Origin: Salinivirgaceae bacterium
GTDB taxonomy: Bacteria > Bacteroidota > Bacteroidia > Bacteroidales > SZUA-534
Reading direction: 5' to 3'
Assembly (NCBI GenBank): GCA_017645945.1
Contig: JAGCNL010000018.1
Coordinates: 64,249 to 128,248 of the forward strand
DNA length: 64,000 nt
A program made the translations under genes and the position numbers. The notes below the pieces were generated by a model. That model saw nothing but the letters and a program-made list of their open reading frames with translations, ran no database searches and was not told the DNA's origin. This document shows, in pieces, positions 27,517 to 41,900 of this stretch. Every line of letters begins with the position of its first letter. The first letter of the stretch is position 1.

Positions 27517-27949
27517 TAAAAATAAAATTAAAAAGGTTTATTAAATGATTAAAAATGAAATATATATACGCTGTTTTGCAAAATTGCAAACGAGCGAAGG
27601 AAAAAGGGTATTTAAGTTGGAAGGACTACAACCAGCACAACTCCGCGCACCTTCAGGCACACAGACCGCACAACATGGCTGGGTTCTAAATTCGAATCTT
27701 TCCATTAAAGTTTATCCAGTAAATAATTGGTGTAAACAATTGACAAATGTATGAAATAATTTTATCAATGATGAAAAATGTAGTGGGGATGCATTAAAAA
27801 ATGATGGTGGTGATACGCGAAAAATATTAAGAAATTGATTTTTAGTCGCTAACCAAACGAACCCTAATTTATCCCAAAAGTTACGGTGTCGCTTACGCGA
27901 GAAATTTGAAGAAAATTAGGTTTAAAAATTAAACAAAATTTATAATTAG

Positions 27950-29990
27950 TTGATTTTGAATGATTTTCTTATAAATTTTCTAATAATTTCTGCCCGTTAG
28001 GGCATGCAATAAAAAATAGGGGCGAATATCAATTCGCCCCTAAATTTTAATCTCTAACCGATTTTATCCGATTCAATCAGAACAATATTAATCGTTTATA
28101 ATTAACCGTTAATCATTAATCATCACGCGTTTGGCTGTGTTGCCTGTCTTCACTACGTAAATGCCAGCGCCATTAATCTTAATCTCGGTGCGGCCAGCCT
28201 CAGCGGCTACACGTTCAATCAAGCGGCCCATTGCATTGTAAACGAAGATGTCGCTGGTGGCGTTCTCAACCACGATGGTGTTGCCGTAAGCGAAGATGTT
28301 CACAGCTTCGACAGCCTCATCAGCAACGTCGGTGTTAACCTCGAAGATAGCTGTGAATTCAATGCTGTCCTTGACTTGCTGCAGCAACTCGGCTGTAAGC
28401 GTTACAGTACGCGGATTCTCAGTTACGCTGTCGCTCCACATAACGAAGTGGTAGCCCTCATCGGCAATAGCGGTGAGTGTGACAGTAGCACCAAGCTCCA
28501 ACGAATCAGCTGCGCCCGTGATTTGGCCGTTTTCAGCGTTGACAGTAACAGAGTAGAGTGCCTTCTTGAACGTAGCAGTGTAGGTCTTGTTGCCAGTTAC
28601 AGTCACTGTGCGCGGGTTGTCGGTGTTGTCATCGTCCCACTTAGAGAAGATGTAACCTGCATCGGCCACTGCTGTCAGAGTTGCCTCAGTGCCATTCTCA
28701 TAGGTGCCTGCGCCCTCAACTGTACCATTCTTTGCTTTGACTGTCAGTTCGTAACTATCGCCTGCGAACACAGCCGAGAATGTTGCGTTGCCTGTAACCT
28801 CAACGGTGCGGGTAGCGGTCATAACGCTGTCAGTCCACATCACGAAGTGGTAACCCTTGTTGGCTGTTGCCTCGAGAGTTGCAGTTGCTCCGTAAGTGTA
28901 AGTACCTGCACCGGTGATGGTTCCGTTAGCAGCCGAATCAACACTGATAGTGTAGCTGTTGACTACAAACTCGGCGGTAAAGCTCAAGTCGCTCTTCACG
29001 GTAACCTTGCGGGTTGCTGTCTCCACACCATCGCTCCACTTGGTGAAGTGATAGCCTGTGTTGGCCACTGCGGTGAGAGTTGCCTCTGCGCCATAGTTGT
29101 AAGTGCCTGTGCCCTCAACTGTGCCGTTGGTGGCCGATGCGCTGACTGTGTAGCTGTTGATTTCGAACTCAGCAGTTAATGTCACGTTATCAGTTACAAC
29201 AACGGTGCGAGTTGCCTTGGTCTCGCCGTCGCTCCATTTAACAAAGTGATAGCCCTCAGCAGCTGTTACGCTGATGGTTGCACGCGAGTTGTAATCGTAG
29301 GTTCCTGCGCCAGTGACTGTACCGTTGGCAGCTGTAACCTTCACTGTGTAAGTGTTAATTGCGAACTCAGCAGTGAACGACAAGTCGCTTGTAACGGTAG
29401 CCTTGCGGGTAGCGGTCTCTACGCCGTCGCTCCATTTAACAAAGTGGTAGCCCTCAGCAGCCGTTGCAGTGAGAGTTGCCTCTGCACCATGGGTGTAAGT
29501 ACCTGCACCAGTAACCGTACCATTGGTGGCCGAAGCCTTAACAGTGTACTCGTTTATAGCAAACTCTGCTGTGAATGTAGCATCGCCGTCGACAGAGATT
29601 GTACGCTTGGCGTTTTTGTCGCCGTCGTTCCAGCTAACAAAGTGATAACCTTCGTTGGCTGTGGCTGTGATTTCTGTCTGGCCACCATAGTTGAAGGTGC
29701 CGCCGCCAGTCACACTACCATTGGCTCCGGCCACAACCTTAACCACGCAGCTGTTAAGAGCAAACTCGGCCTTGTAGGTCTTGGTGGCAGTAACGGTCAG
29801 CTCGCGCTGTGCCTCTTTGTTGCCATCGTCCCATTTAACAAAGTGGTAACCATCGTTGGCAGTTGCCGAAATGGTTGCCTTCTCGTTGGCAATGAACGTG
29901 CCTGAACCTGTTGCGGTTCCACCCTCGCCAGCTTCAACTGTAACTGTGTAAATATCAGCAGTTGCCGAAATAAACAGCGGAGTCAGAGTC
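27950..29990 (-). repeat. Shared 3' module, copy 2
   Basis: Paralogous to 16555-18622 (see that entry). Confidence 0.85.
28010..28040 (-). terminator. Rho-independent terminator of giant gene 2
   Basis: On the minus strand, GGGGCGAAT-TGAT-ATTCGCCCC is followed by TATTTTTT. Confidence 0.8.
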
Positions 29991-32900
29991 AAGTCGCTTG
30001 TAACAGTAGTCACAAACGGGTTGGCGGTGTTGGTTACGTCCCAACGAACAAACTTGTAACCAGTTTCAGGCACAGCCGTGAAGCTTGCCTCCTGGCCGTG
30101 AGTGTATTCAGCATCTGCGCCATCAACGGTACCATGCTCAGTTTCAACTGTAATAGTGTAGGTTTTGAGTGCGAATTGAGCAGAATAAGTGTAACCATGT
30201 TTTACAGTTACAGTGAGCGGATTTTCAGTATAGTAATTGCCATCATACTCACAATACCAGCGCTTGAAGTCATAACCCTCACCCGGGACGGCATTGATAG
30301 TTGCATCAGTGCCATAGGCATAATCGCCATCACCGCTAACAGTGCCATTTCCTTCAGATACCCAGAGGTAGACACTATATTGGTAAGGCTCGAAGATTGC
30401 CGTAATGGTGGTGTCGCTCTTCACTCTGACGTAGCGCTCACTTGCATCAGAGTTACTGTCATCGCTCCAGCGGGCCAGATAGTGACCTTCGTCCGGAGTG
30501 GCAGTGATTTTCACAAGCTGATTCCAATCGTAATCGCCCGTACCTGTAGTTGTTCCGTTCTCGGCCAGAACTTCCATGTGGTGCTGGTCGACTGCAAATT
30601 GGGCCTCAAAGGTCAACTCGCCCTTAACAACCTCATAACGCGGATTGTAAGTAACGCCGTCGTTCCACTGAACAAAATGGTAGTGAGCAGCAGGAGTTGC
30701 CGATAGTGTTGCAGTCTCGTCCTCGATGAACTCCGACGAGCCTTCAACTGTACCCCAGCTGTCGTTGTTGGCCGTAACAGTGACGTTGAATACTCCCTGG
30801 CTCTCCAAGCGGAAGACAGCTACATACTCAGCATCCTCACGTGCCTTGAAGGTGCGTGGGTTATCGGTGTTGCCATCGCTCCAGCGAACAAAGGCAAAGC
30901 CTGAGTTTGCGTTGGCGGTGAGCGTTACATTGCTGCCATAGGCGTAACCTCCGGCTCCCTCAATTGTTCCACGTTCGGGGTCTGTTGTTGCCATAATGTG
31001 GATAGGTGCGCCAACAGTCAATGGAATATAACCAGCACCAGCTGCATAATTGAAGAATCCAGCACTAATGTAGTAGGTTTCACCTTCTACCAAATCGTAT
31101 TCCAAACGGAACTGGTTGGTGTTGCTGTCGTAATTATCATTCGATGTGAGCAGACGCATGTTGGAATCATACAGCTCGCCGTAAGTGTCGAACGACTCGT
31201 GGTTAGCAATGAAAGCATACGGACCCGACACAGCAGGAACAAACTTACAGTTCGGATTTGGAACGCCTGTTTCGGCGGCAAATCTTCCGAATGTTGAGTA
31301 AACGTTGTTCTCGCCAACATTGAGGGTCTGAATCTCACTGAACTCTGCAGTGAACTGCTCATCCTCATCAGCATTGAACAAGTACGGGTTGTTGGTTATG
31401 CCATCGTTCCACTGAACAAAGAAGCTGCCCGCGTTGGCCGATGCGGCAACTGAGACTGCGGTGCCATAGATGTAAGTGTTGGCTCCGCTGACAGTACCAT
31501 CGCCGTTAGCAGCAACGCTGATGGTGGCAGGGTCTTTAATCATCAGCTTGGTGTTGGCGATTGTATTGCTCTGGAAGCTGACTCCAATGTAGTATTTCCG
31601 GCCTTGCTGCAAGTATTGCTGGATTTGGAAATCCAAACCACTATTATCTGCCAAAAGATTCTTGTCGGCATCAAGCAAGCATCCATACATATTATAGCCG
31701 CTGGCATCGGAGAAGATGACGTAAGTGCCCGAAACCGCAGGTGTGAACACGCAGTTATCGGTGCTTGTGCGGGTGGCCAGAATGGTGTTCTCGCCTTCAG
31801 TAACAGTCTGCACACGCTCAAACTCAGCCGTGTAGCTGGCTGCAGCCTTAACTGTGATGTTGCGCGGGTTGAGTACCACGCCATCGCTCCACTTGGTGAA
31901 GAACCAACCATCCTGAACTTCATCAACTGAGAGTTGCACAGTTGAGTTGTAAGAGTAAGCTCCGGCTCCACTGACTGTGCCGTGCTCGGCTGTCACGCTG
32001 ATAACCAAAGGCTCTTTAATCACCAGTGTTGTGTTGCCGAAATTCCAACCGTAATAGAATCCTGCGCTGATGTAGTAGGTTTCTCCCTCGGTCAGGTTGT
32101 AGATAATTTGGAATTCGTTGTCTTGGCCATAGGAATTATCATCGTATGCCAGCTGATTCATTTCAGAATCATACAGAATGCCGTAAGCATTATTGTCTGA
32201 CTCCGACGAGAAGATTGTGTACTCGCCTGTCATTGGAGCAACAAACTTGCAGTTGACTTGTTGGCCCGAAGCCACAACCTGTGTGCTGCCTGTGTTAACT
32301 GTCTGAATCTCGTGATATACGGCTGTATATTCCTTATCACCAGACATATATACCGAAGTAGAAGTGCCGCCAAATGTATTATTATTATCGTCAATCCAGT
32401 TGACGAAGAAATAACCATCGTTAGGTATGGCTACGAGGCTTGGCCAAGAACCCCAGTCGTAAGTACCAGGACCATCGCCGCCTATCTGCCCATGGTCAGA
32501 GTTGACTGTGAGCTGATGCTGGTCAACCTCGAACACAGCCGCATATTCCAATACAGCGCTGCCGTTGACAGTAAAGCTGCGCTCAGGGTTGGTGCTGTGG
32601 TTGTCGGCCCACTCCACAAAGTGATAGTGTTCATACGGTGTGGCGATGAGAGTTGCTGTCTCGTTACTTACATATTGGGTTGCGCCTGTCACGGTACCCA
32701 TTCCTCCATCGTAGCTTACGCTGACGGTGTAGATTTCGCCCGACGATGCGAATATTGCCTCAAGTGTCAGGTGGTCAGTAACGTTGAGCGAGTGGTCGGG
32801 ATTGATGCTGCCATCGCTCCAGCGAACAAACTGGTAGCCAGGGTTGGCGGTGGCAACAATCTCGGCATAATCGTTATATGTGTAGATGCCGTTGCCTGTC

Positions 32901-35900
32901 ACTGTACCCATTGTTGTGTTGTTCGATGTGATGTTCAGAACATTGTTGTTGTAGTGCCAGATGACCTGGTAGCCGTTGGTGTTCCAATATTCATTCCAAC
33001 CTGCTGGCTGCTCATCGGCCTCGCACAGCACTTTACTGTCGCTTATGCTGTTCTGGAATACTCCTTCTCCCATATACTGAACCGTGACTGGAATAGCAAC
33101 ATTAGTCAATTTGTAGACGTCTGCGAATGCATACTCATCGATATACTCAGCACCCCTCAAATCAACCGATGTGAGGTTGTAGCAGTTGTAGAATGCATAT
33201 CTATCGATGCGTTCAACACTATTCCAGACAACCGATGTGAGGTTGTAGTCGTAGCGGAATGCTTGGCTACCAATGCTCTTGAGAGTTGACGGGAACACAA
33301 CCTCAGCCAGATTGTAATAATTACCCCAACCGTTATCAAATGCAGAGCGGCCTACAAGGCTCACACCCTCGGCAAACACAACTTTTGTTATGCTGTTGCT
33401 GTTGCCGCTGTTACGCCATGGGTAATAACTGTAATCTGGCAGGTCAACATCGCGGTAGACGGTGAGTACGCCATCGTTGTCCAACTCCCAACCGCCATAG
33501 GCCCAGTTGACTTTAGTGTACCAATAATGCCAATCGTACCAGCTTTCGGGTTCAATGCCTGTCTCGCAGTTGATGGTGCCGAGGTTGTAGCAGTCATAGA
33601 ATGCACCTTGTCCCATACTTTCAACCGACAGAGGAATGAGTATCTCTGTGAGGTTGTAGCAATTGTAGAACGCATAGCCGGCAATGAATTTTGTGGCTCG
33701 GTTGATGGTGCATTCATCAATTTCCTGCGATGTTGCAGCAGTCAGAATCAGGTGCGGGTTTTCAGAGTTGCCAATGTAGTAGGCGTTGTTTTCCACAACA
33801 TCCCAATTATAGCAGTCGTCGAAAGCACCGCCCACAACCACCTTCATTCCGTCATGGACTCTGAGGCCGCTCATGTCGGTGTTGCCGTTGCTGGGGCGAA
33901 CCAAAACCCTATAGGGGTTTGTAGTGTTACCTAAATAGTCGAATCCGCCAGTTGAGTTGAATCTCAGTTTTGGACAATCGCTGAACGCATACTCACCCAC
34001 ACTTGTAACCGATTCGGGAATGGTGACGGTCATCAGTTCATCACAATTTTGGAAAGCGTAGGAATCAATGCTTGTAACCGTTCCCGGGATGGGAACCGAT
34101 GTCAGAGCGTCGCAATCGTAGAACGCACTGCTGCCAATGGTTTTGAGATTTGCTGCGCTGCTGAAATTAACAGTCGCAAGCTTATAGCAGTAAGAAAATG
34201 CCGTGCTATATATGGACTCAACGCCAGCCGGAATGGTTATCGAGGTCAGCTCACCGCAGTTTCCGAAAAGGCTGCTCTCAATAATAGAAAGTTTTGTTGC
34301 GCTGGTCAAATCCGCTGAGCTAAGAGCGTCACAACCGTAGAACGCAGAGCTGCCAATATATTCAACCGAGGCAGGAATGGTTATCGAAGTCAGAGCGTCG
34401 CACTCATAGAACGCACAGTATTCTATACGCTTGAGGTTTGTGGCACTGCTGAAGTTAACAGTTGCAAGATTGTCACAATATCCGAAAGCATAGCTTTCAA
34501 TTAGCTCAACCGAGGCGGGAATGGTTATCGAGGTCAGAGCGTCGCAATTATAGAAAGCATTGCTGCCGATGGTTTTGAGGCTTGTGGCATTGCTCAGATT
34601 GACTGTGCTCAAATTACTGCAGTCGGAGAATGTACTGCTATAGATTTTCTCAATTCCTGCCGGAATGGTAACCGAGGTCAGCGCGCAGTTATAGAAGGCT
34701 GTACTGCCGATGCTGGTGAGGCCTGTGGCGCGGCTCAGGTCGATGTTTGCAAGCTCGTTGCAATTAGAGAATGCAGAGTTGCCTATGGTTTTGAGGCCTG
34801 TAGCCTGGTTCAGGTCGACTGTGGTGAGGGCTGAACAATTGTAGAACGCATTATCGCCAATTGCCTGAACCGAAGCAGGGATGGTGACCGATGTCAGACC
34901 CTCGCATTCGTAGAAGGCATTGCTGCTGATAGTGGTAACAGTTGACGGGATTGTCACACTGCCGCCATTGCCAAAGTAGCCCACCAGATTGGTTTTTGTG
35001 GCATCGGCATAGAGGAAGTCGCCATCGGCATAGCCGTTGCGGGCCAATGCACCCCATTTGTCGGTGATGGTGCCTGCAGGGCCGTAATAGTTGACGTTCT
35101 TCACTCCGTAGAAGGCATTAGAGCCAATGCTGGTGATTTCATCCGGCACATCAACCGACACCACTCTGAAGCAATTGTAGAACTCATTACTACCTATCTG
35201 AGTTACGTTGCCGGCAAACTCAATGCCAGTTACTCTGTCGTTAATCGGATACCACGGGTAATCACCGCTGCTGTTATAGCTATAATTCTTCCTTACTGTG
35301 AGCAGCCCGGCATCGTTCAGGCTCCAGTTGTTGATGTCGAATGTTATGCGGTAATTTTCGCACCACTGTGAACTCCAACTGTTGGGATATTTGACATCGT
35401 TGTAAGTACGGACAACCAGTTGGTTGCATTCATAGAAAGCATAATCACCCACATTTTCAACACCTGCGGGGATGGTGACTGATTGAAGTGCGTCGCAATT
35501 GTAGAACGCATACTCGCCAATTTCAGTAACCGTTGAAGGTATGGTCACCGTTTCAATATTGCTGTAACGGCCCCAGCCGTTGGCATCGTAGAATGCACTT
35601 TGGCCTATAGAAGTGACACCCTCAGTGAATGTTACACCAGTGATGCCAAAGTTCTGCTCATACCACGGATAGTCGTAATAACTATCGTAGATGATATTGG
35701 CTTTGACTGTCAGCAGACCGTTCTCATCGATGTTCCAGTCGTTGCAGCGCCATTTTACAGGGCGGTAGCTATTGTTCCAGTTGCTATGCCAGCCGTCTGG
35801 TTTCGACCCCGCCTCGCAACTGATGGTGAGGTTGTCGCAGCTGTTGAATACATATTCGCCAACTGAAGTCACCGTTGCAGGAATATAAACTGATGTGATG

Positions 35901-38900
35901 TTGTCGCATCCATAGAACGCACGCGACTTGATTTCAGTAACTGTTTCGGGAATAGTCACCTGCTTCGTCTCCACTCCATTGATGTAGAGGCTTGCGCCAT
36001 TCCAGAGAGGGTTCGAATAACTATTTCCGTATGCAATTCTGCAGAGGCTCGAGATGCTTCCAAAATCAGCACATGTTATGTTATAAGAATCATCGAACGC
36101 GCTGCTGCCTACTTGGGTAACCGAGGCTGGTATTCTGACTGTTGCAAGATTATCGCAGCTACGGAACGCATCTTCACCAATGGTTGCCATGCTTGTGGCG
36201 CCGCTCATGTCGGCGGTTACAAGATTGTCGCAGTCGTAGAACGCACGGTAGCCGATTGAGCTAAGACTGGTGGCTTCGCTCATATCCACAGTTTCGAGGG
36301 CATCGCAATCGTAGAACGCACCATTGGCTATAGTTGTCAGCCCGGTGGCGTTGCTCAAGTCGATGGTTTCGAGGGCACCGCAGTAAGAGAAGGCATCACC
36401 TTGAATGCTTGTTACCGATGCCGGAATGGTGACTGATGTCAGTGCACTGTAGCCGCTAAACTCAGTGACTCCAATGCTGGTGACAGCATCAGTGAATGCT
36501 ACGGATGTTATCTGGCTTCTGAGGCCATACCACGGATAATCGTTTGCCTCGTCGAAGTTGTAGTTTTTCTTCACCGTAAGCAACCCGCTGTTGCTGAGTG
36601 TCCAGTTTTTGTAGTCCCACATCACCTGGTGGTTGTTTCGATTCCAACTGCTGTTCCAGCCGTCGGGTTTCGATTCGGCCTCACACCAGATGACGAGCTC
36701 GCTGCTGCCGTCGATGGCATAGGTGCCTATTTCAGCAACATTGCCATGAACAACAATCTTGGTGAGGTTGCTGCAGCCATACAATGCATACTGGCCAATG
36801 GCTGTCACGTTTTCAGGAACAACAATCTCTGCCGTCTCCACATCATTTATGAAAGCATTTGCACCATTGCGTAAAGGATTGGAGGATGCGTCGGCATATT
36901 GCATTTCCAAAAGGCTCTTTTCGCTTGCAAAATCAACGCGGCTGATGCGGTTGCTTTCATAGAATGCCTCGCTGCCGATGGTGGTCAGGCTTGTGGCGCC
37001 GCTCATATCAACGGTTGTGAGGTAGCTACAGCTATAGAATGTCCGATAGCCAATGGAAGTCAGGCCAGTAGCCTCACTTAAATCAACAGTTAGAAGATTG
37101 TCGTAGTCGTAGAATGCATAATTGCCAATTTCAGTAACCGCAGCTTCAAACTTAACGGCCTTTATGTCGCTCTGGAAATAATACCACGGATAGTCGCCCG
37201 AATTATCGTAGCTGAACGATTTCTTAACGGTGAGCAGACCATCGTCGCTCAGGCTCCAGTTGTTCATGTCCCATATTACTGTGCGGTCGCTTGGATTCCA
37301 ATTGCTGTGCCAGCCTTCGGGTTTTGCCCCTGCCTCGCACCAAATTGTAAGGTTATCGCAGCTGTAGAATGCATAAGTACCCACACTTTCCACCCCATCA
37401 TGAATAACAACTTTGGTGATGTTGTCGCAATTGTAGAATGCATATTGACCGATTGATGTCACTTCGGCAGGAATAGTAATCTCTGTTTTTTCCTCACCAT
37501 TGATGTAAAGTGTCGCACCATTATAGAGCGGATTGGAATCATTGTCCTTAAAATCAATGTTGCAAAGACTGTTGAGCGATGCAAAATATACGCTCGAAAT
37601 GTTCGAGCAACTGTAAAACGCATCGTTGCCAATTGTAGTAACTGTTGACGGAATGGTCACCTTTTTAATGTCGTTGTAGTAGCCCCACCCGTAGGCATCG
37701 TGGAATGCCCCTTCACCAATAGTGGTGACACCCTCGGCAAATGTTACACCCTTGATGTTACAACCATAATCATACTTATACTGACGCCATGGATACTCGT
37801 TCCAATTGCAACTGACATTGGCTTTAACTGTCAAAAGACCGTTCTCATCAATGTCCCAGGCATCGCATAGCCAGCGTGCAGGGCGGCCGTTTTGATTCCA
37901 ATAGTCGTGCCAACCATCAGGTTTGTTAGCTGCCTCACAGTTGATGGAGAGGTTGCTGCAATCAGCGAAAGCATAATAGCCCATTGAAGTCACTGTTGCA
38001 GGAATATAAATTGATGTGAGGTTGTCGCAGTTGCAGAACGCATATTGTCCAATTGACTCAAGGTTTTCAGCATTGCTGAAATCCACTGACGTGATGCTTA
38101 AGTCTTTGAACACTTCGTCGGCAATGGTGGTGACTGTCTGCGGAATAACAATGTCGGTGGCCGAGCCCATGTAGCCTATCAGCTCGGTTCTTTCGGAACC
38201 AGCGGTAAAGATGAATCCGTTTTCATCAATATCAATATCGCTACTTTTGAAATATTTTTTGGCACCCCATGGCGAATTTGTCTCGTAGCTATTGTAGTTT
38301 ATAACATTTGCAATATTGTTGAAGGCATATTGGCCAATGGAGCTTATGCTCAACGCCGACGGAATGGTAACCGTCACATCTGAGCATTTATCAAACGCAT
38401 AGGCACCAATGGTTGTAACTCCAGCGGGGATTGTGACCGAGCCGCTTTTGCTGGTATAGCCTGTAAGATTTGTCTTGGCCTCGTCGGCAAACACAAAATT
38501 GTTTTCGATGGTGCCGTTGCGGGTCAGCGCACCGAATTTTTCGGAAGCATCGCCTGCTGAGCCGTTATATATTATGTTCTTTATGCCGTAGAAAGCATCG
38601 CTGCTGATATTGGTGACGGTCGATGGTATTTCAATCGAGGATAAAAGGTTGGAACAACCACTGAACACATAATAGCCAATACTGATAAGTGATGTGGCCT
38701 GGCTGAAATCTACCTCTGTCAGCGATTCACAATTTGAGAATACGTAAGAGCCAACTGACTTGACCGACGACGGGAGGGCAATCTCAGTCAGACTGTTGCA
38801 ATATTGGAACGCATAATTGCCTATAATCACAACCGATTCTGGAATGACAACGGAGGTCAGCTTGTCGCAGTAGTAGAACGCATACTGGTCAATGGTTGCA

Positions 38901-41900
38901 AGGCTTATGGCGCTGCTGAAATCAACGCTCTCAAGCTGGTGGCACTCATAAAATGCTCCGGCTCCAATGGTTTCAACCGATGCAGGAATGGCAACCTCAG
39001 TCAGGCTGGTGTTGCAGAAGGCATATTCACCTATTTGGGTGAGCTGAGTGGCCTGACTGAAATCGACTGATGTAATACCTTTGTATTCAAACGCGTGGTT
39101 GCCAATGGTTTCAACCGATGCTGGAATGGTGACCTCAGTGTCCGAGCCTATGTATTTGACAATAGTGGTCCGCGTTGCGTCGGCATACACAAAGTTGTCG
39201 TCGATGCTGCCGTTGCGTGCTCCGGCTCCCCAAGTGTCGGTTGCGGTGCCATAGGGGCCATTGTAGTTGATGTTGCCCACATCGTTGAAAGCGTTCCGCT
39301 CAATATATGTCACTGTCGACGGGACATCAATAGTGATTAGTTTGGAGCAGCCGCCAAAAGCATTGTAGCCAATTGATGTAACCGATGCCGGAATGGTTAT
39401 CGAGCTTAAGTTGGAGCAACCGCTGAAGGCATTGGTGCCGATAACGCGTGTGTTGGCATTGATGGTGTACTGCTCGTCAGAACCAGAATTGACAGACGCC
39501 ATATATAAATATGGGTTTGCGGTGTTGCCCAAATAGCGTATCCCTTCCGACACGTTGTATTCCAAATTGCTGTAACTGTTGAAAGCATATTCTCCAATGA
39601 ATGTGACCGACGATGGTAGTTCAATTGTTTCCAAACTGCTGCAATAGTAAAACGCATATTTGCCGATGGAGGTTAGGTTTGTCGCATTACTAAGATTTAT
39701 ATCTGTCAGAGTGTTACAGTATGCGAATGCGTATTCGCCAATGGTTGTCAGGCTTGTTGCATTGTCCAGATTTATATCGGACAGAATGTCACAGCTGTAA
39801 AACGCGTATTTGTCGATGGTTGTCAGGCTTGTCGCATTACCCAGATTTAAATCAGTCAGAGCGTCACAGTCATAAAACGCATATTTTCCGATGGATGTAA
39901 GGCTTGTTGCATTGCCCAAATTTATATTTGTCAGAGCGTCACAGTTGTCAAATGCGTTATCGCCGATGGATGTAAGGCTTGTTGCATCGTCTATATTTAT
40001 ATCACTCAGATTGTAGCAGCTTTGGAATGCATAGTCACCAATGGACTCCATTGTCGAAGGTAACACTACCTCGGTCAGATTATCATATTTATTGTAGCCA
40101 TTGTAGAACGCATATTTGCCTACGCAGCTCACGTCCTCGGCAAACACAACCTTGGTAATTGATTCTGCCTTTGAATACCACGGATAATCAGTGTAATTAT
40201 TCGCATCAACACACTTGTTGATGGTGAGGACGCCATTGGCATCAATCTCGTAGCTGTCGGCACCCCAGACAACCTGACCGCCGTAAGGATTCCAATATTC
40301 GTCCCACCTGGCAGGCTGTGAGCCCTCGTTGCACTCAAAAATAGGTGCGGTACCGTCGTTGCCGCAACCAAACGCTTGATAGCCCATTAATTCTATCCCT
40401 TCAGGAATGGTTATTTTTTTGTTGGAAAGGTCGCAGCAGTTCCAAAAAGCAAAGGGGGCAATAATCTTGGTGTTGCTGTTGATGGTGCAACTGGTGATTT
40501 CGGTCGACGAAGCTTTGGCTAAAATCAGATATGAGTTGCTGCTGCTGCCCACATAGCTGGCTCCGCCCTCTGTTGTCGGGAAGTCGGTGCAGCCATCAAA
40601 AGCACCATACGCCACCGCTTTGACTCCGTTTTCAACTGAGAACGTGCTTATATTGCCAGGCGTAACGGGCTTCATCAGAACAACATACGGATTAGTGTTG
40701 TTGCCTAAATAGTAGAATCCGCCCTGCTGGGTAAAAAGCAATGAGCTGCAATTGTAGAACACATCATAATCCACACGAACTATTGATTCCGGAATACTTA
40801 CCGATGACAGTGCTGCGCAGTCGGAGAAAGCTTGGCTGCAAATATAGCGAAGGTTTGTGGCATTGCTCATATCGACAGTTTCAAGCGAACTACAGCTACT
40901 GAACGCATTGTAGCCAATGTATTCAACCGATGCAGGAAGGCTCACCGCTGTCAGAGTTGTACAATCGAAGAACGCATAGTCGTAAATATAGCGAAGGTTT
41001 GTGGCATTGCTCATATCGACAGTTGCCAGCGAGCTGCAGCCATAGAAAGCATTGTAACTAATGTATTCAACCGATGCCGGAATACTTACCGTTGTCAGGG
41101 CTGAACAATTGTAGAACGCATTATCGCCAATTGCCTGAACCGAAGCGGGGATGCTCACCGCTGTAAGGGTTGTGCAATCGGAGAACGCTCCTGTTCCAAT
41201 AGTCACAACCCCTGATGGGATGTTAATACTACCGCCATCGCCAATGTAGACTGCAAGATAAGTCTTTGTGTTGTCGCTATACACAAAGCCGTCTTCAACA
41301 TACCCGTTGCGGACCATGGCTCCCCATTTATCGGAGCTGTAGCCAGCATTGCCATAATAGTTGATGCACTTCACTCCTTGGAAGGCTTCGTAGCCAATGC
41401 TCGAAACCATCTGCGGTATGTTGAGCGTCGTTATCCCATTGTTGGAATAGAACGCATGATAACCTATCTCAACAAGGTTTGTTGCCTCGCTGAAATCAAC
41501 GCTCACAAGATTCCGATAACTACCGTAAGTGTTATCAAATGCATAACTGTCAATAGTGGTTACATCCGCACCCACCTTTACACTTTTAATTTGTGAACTC
41601 ACTCCATACCATGGGTATGTATCGTATGAGGTACATCTGTAGTCTTTGTTGAACGATAGCTCGCCGTTCTCGTCGATGCTCCAGTTGTCGTAATCCCAAA
41701 TGGTTGGGACGCGTTTCCATCCATAAAAGTAGCCGTAATTCCACTGACCATCCCAGCCGCTGGCGCTCGCATCTCCAACGCAATAGATTGTAGAAATGTT
41801 GACGCTATGAGTGAACACTCGGTAACCCATTGTGGTAACCGATGCAGGAATGGTCACGGTGGTCAAACCTTCGCAATTGCTGAATGCATAATCGCCAATC

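Noticed and set aside
28376-33289. Long plus-strand ORFs antisense to the giant genes (for example 32258..33289 at 343 aa, 28376..29179, 29246..29905 and 17326..17967)
   Set aside because: They lie entirely antisense to much longer ORFs with clear domain repeats. Their products are low-complexity (Cys/Val/Ala-rich) mirror images of the repeat units.
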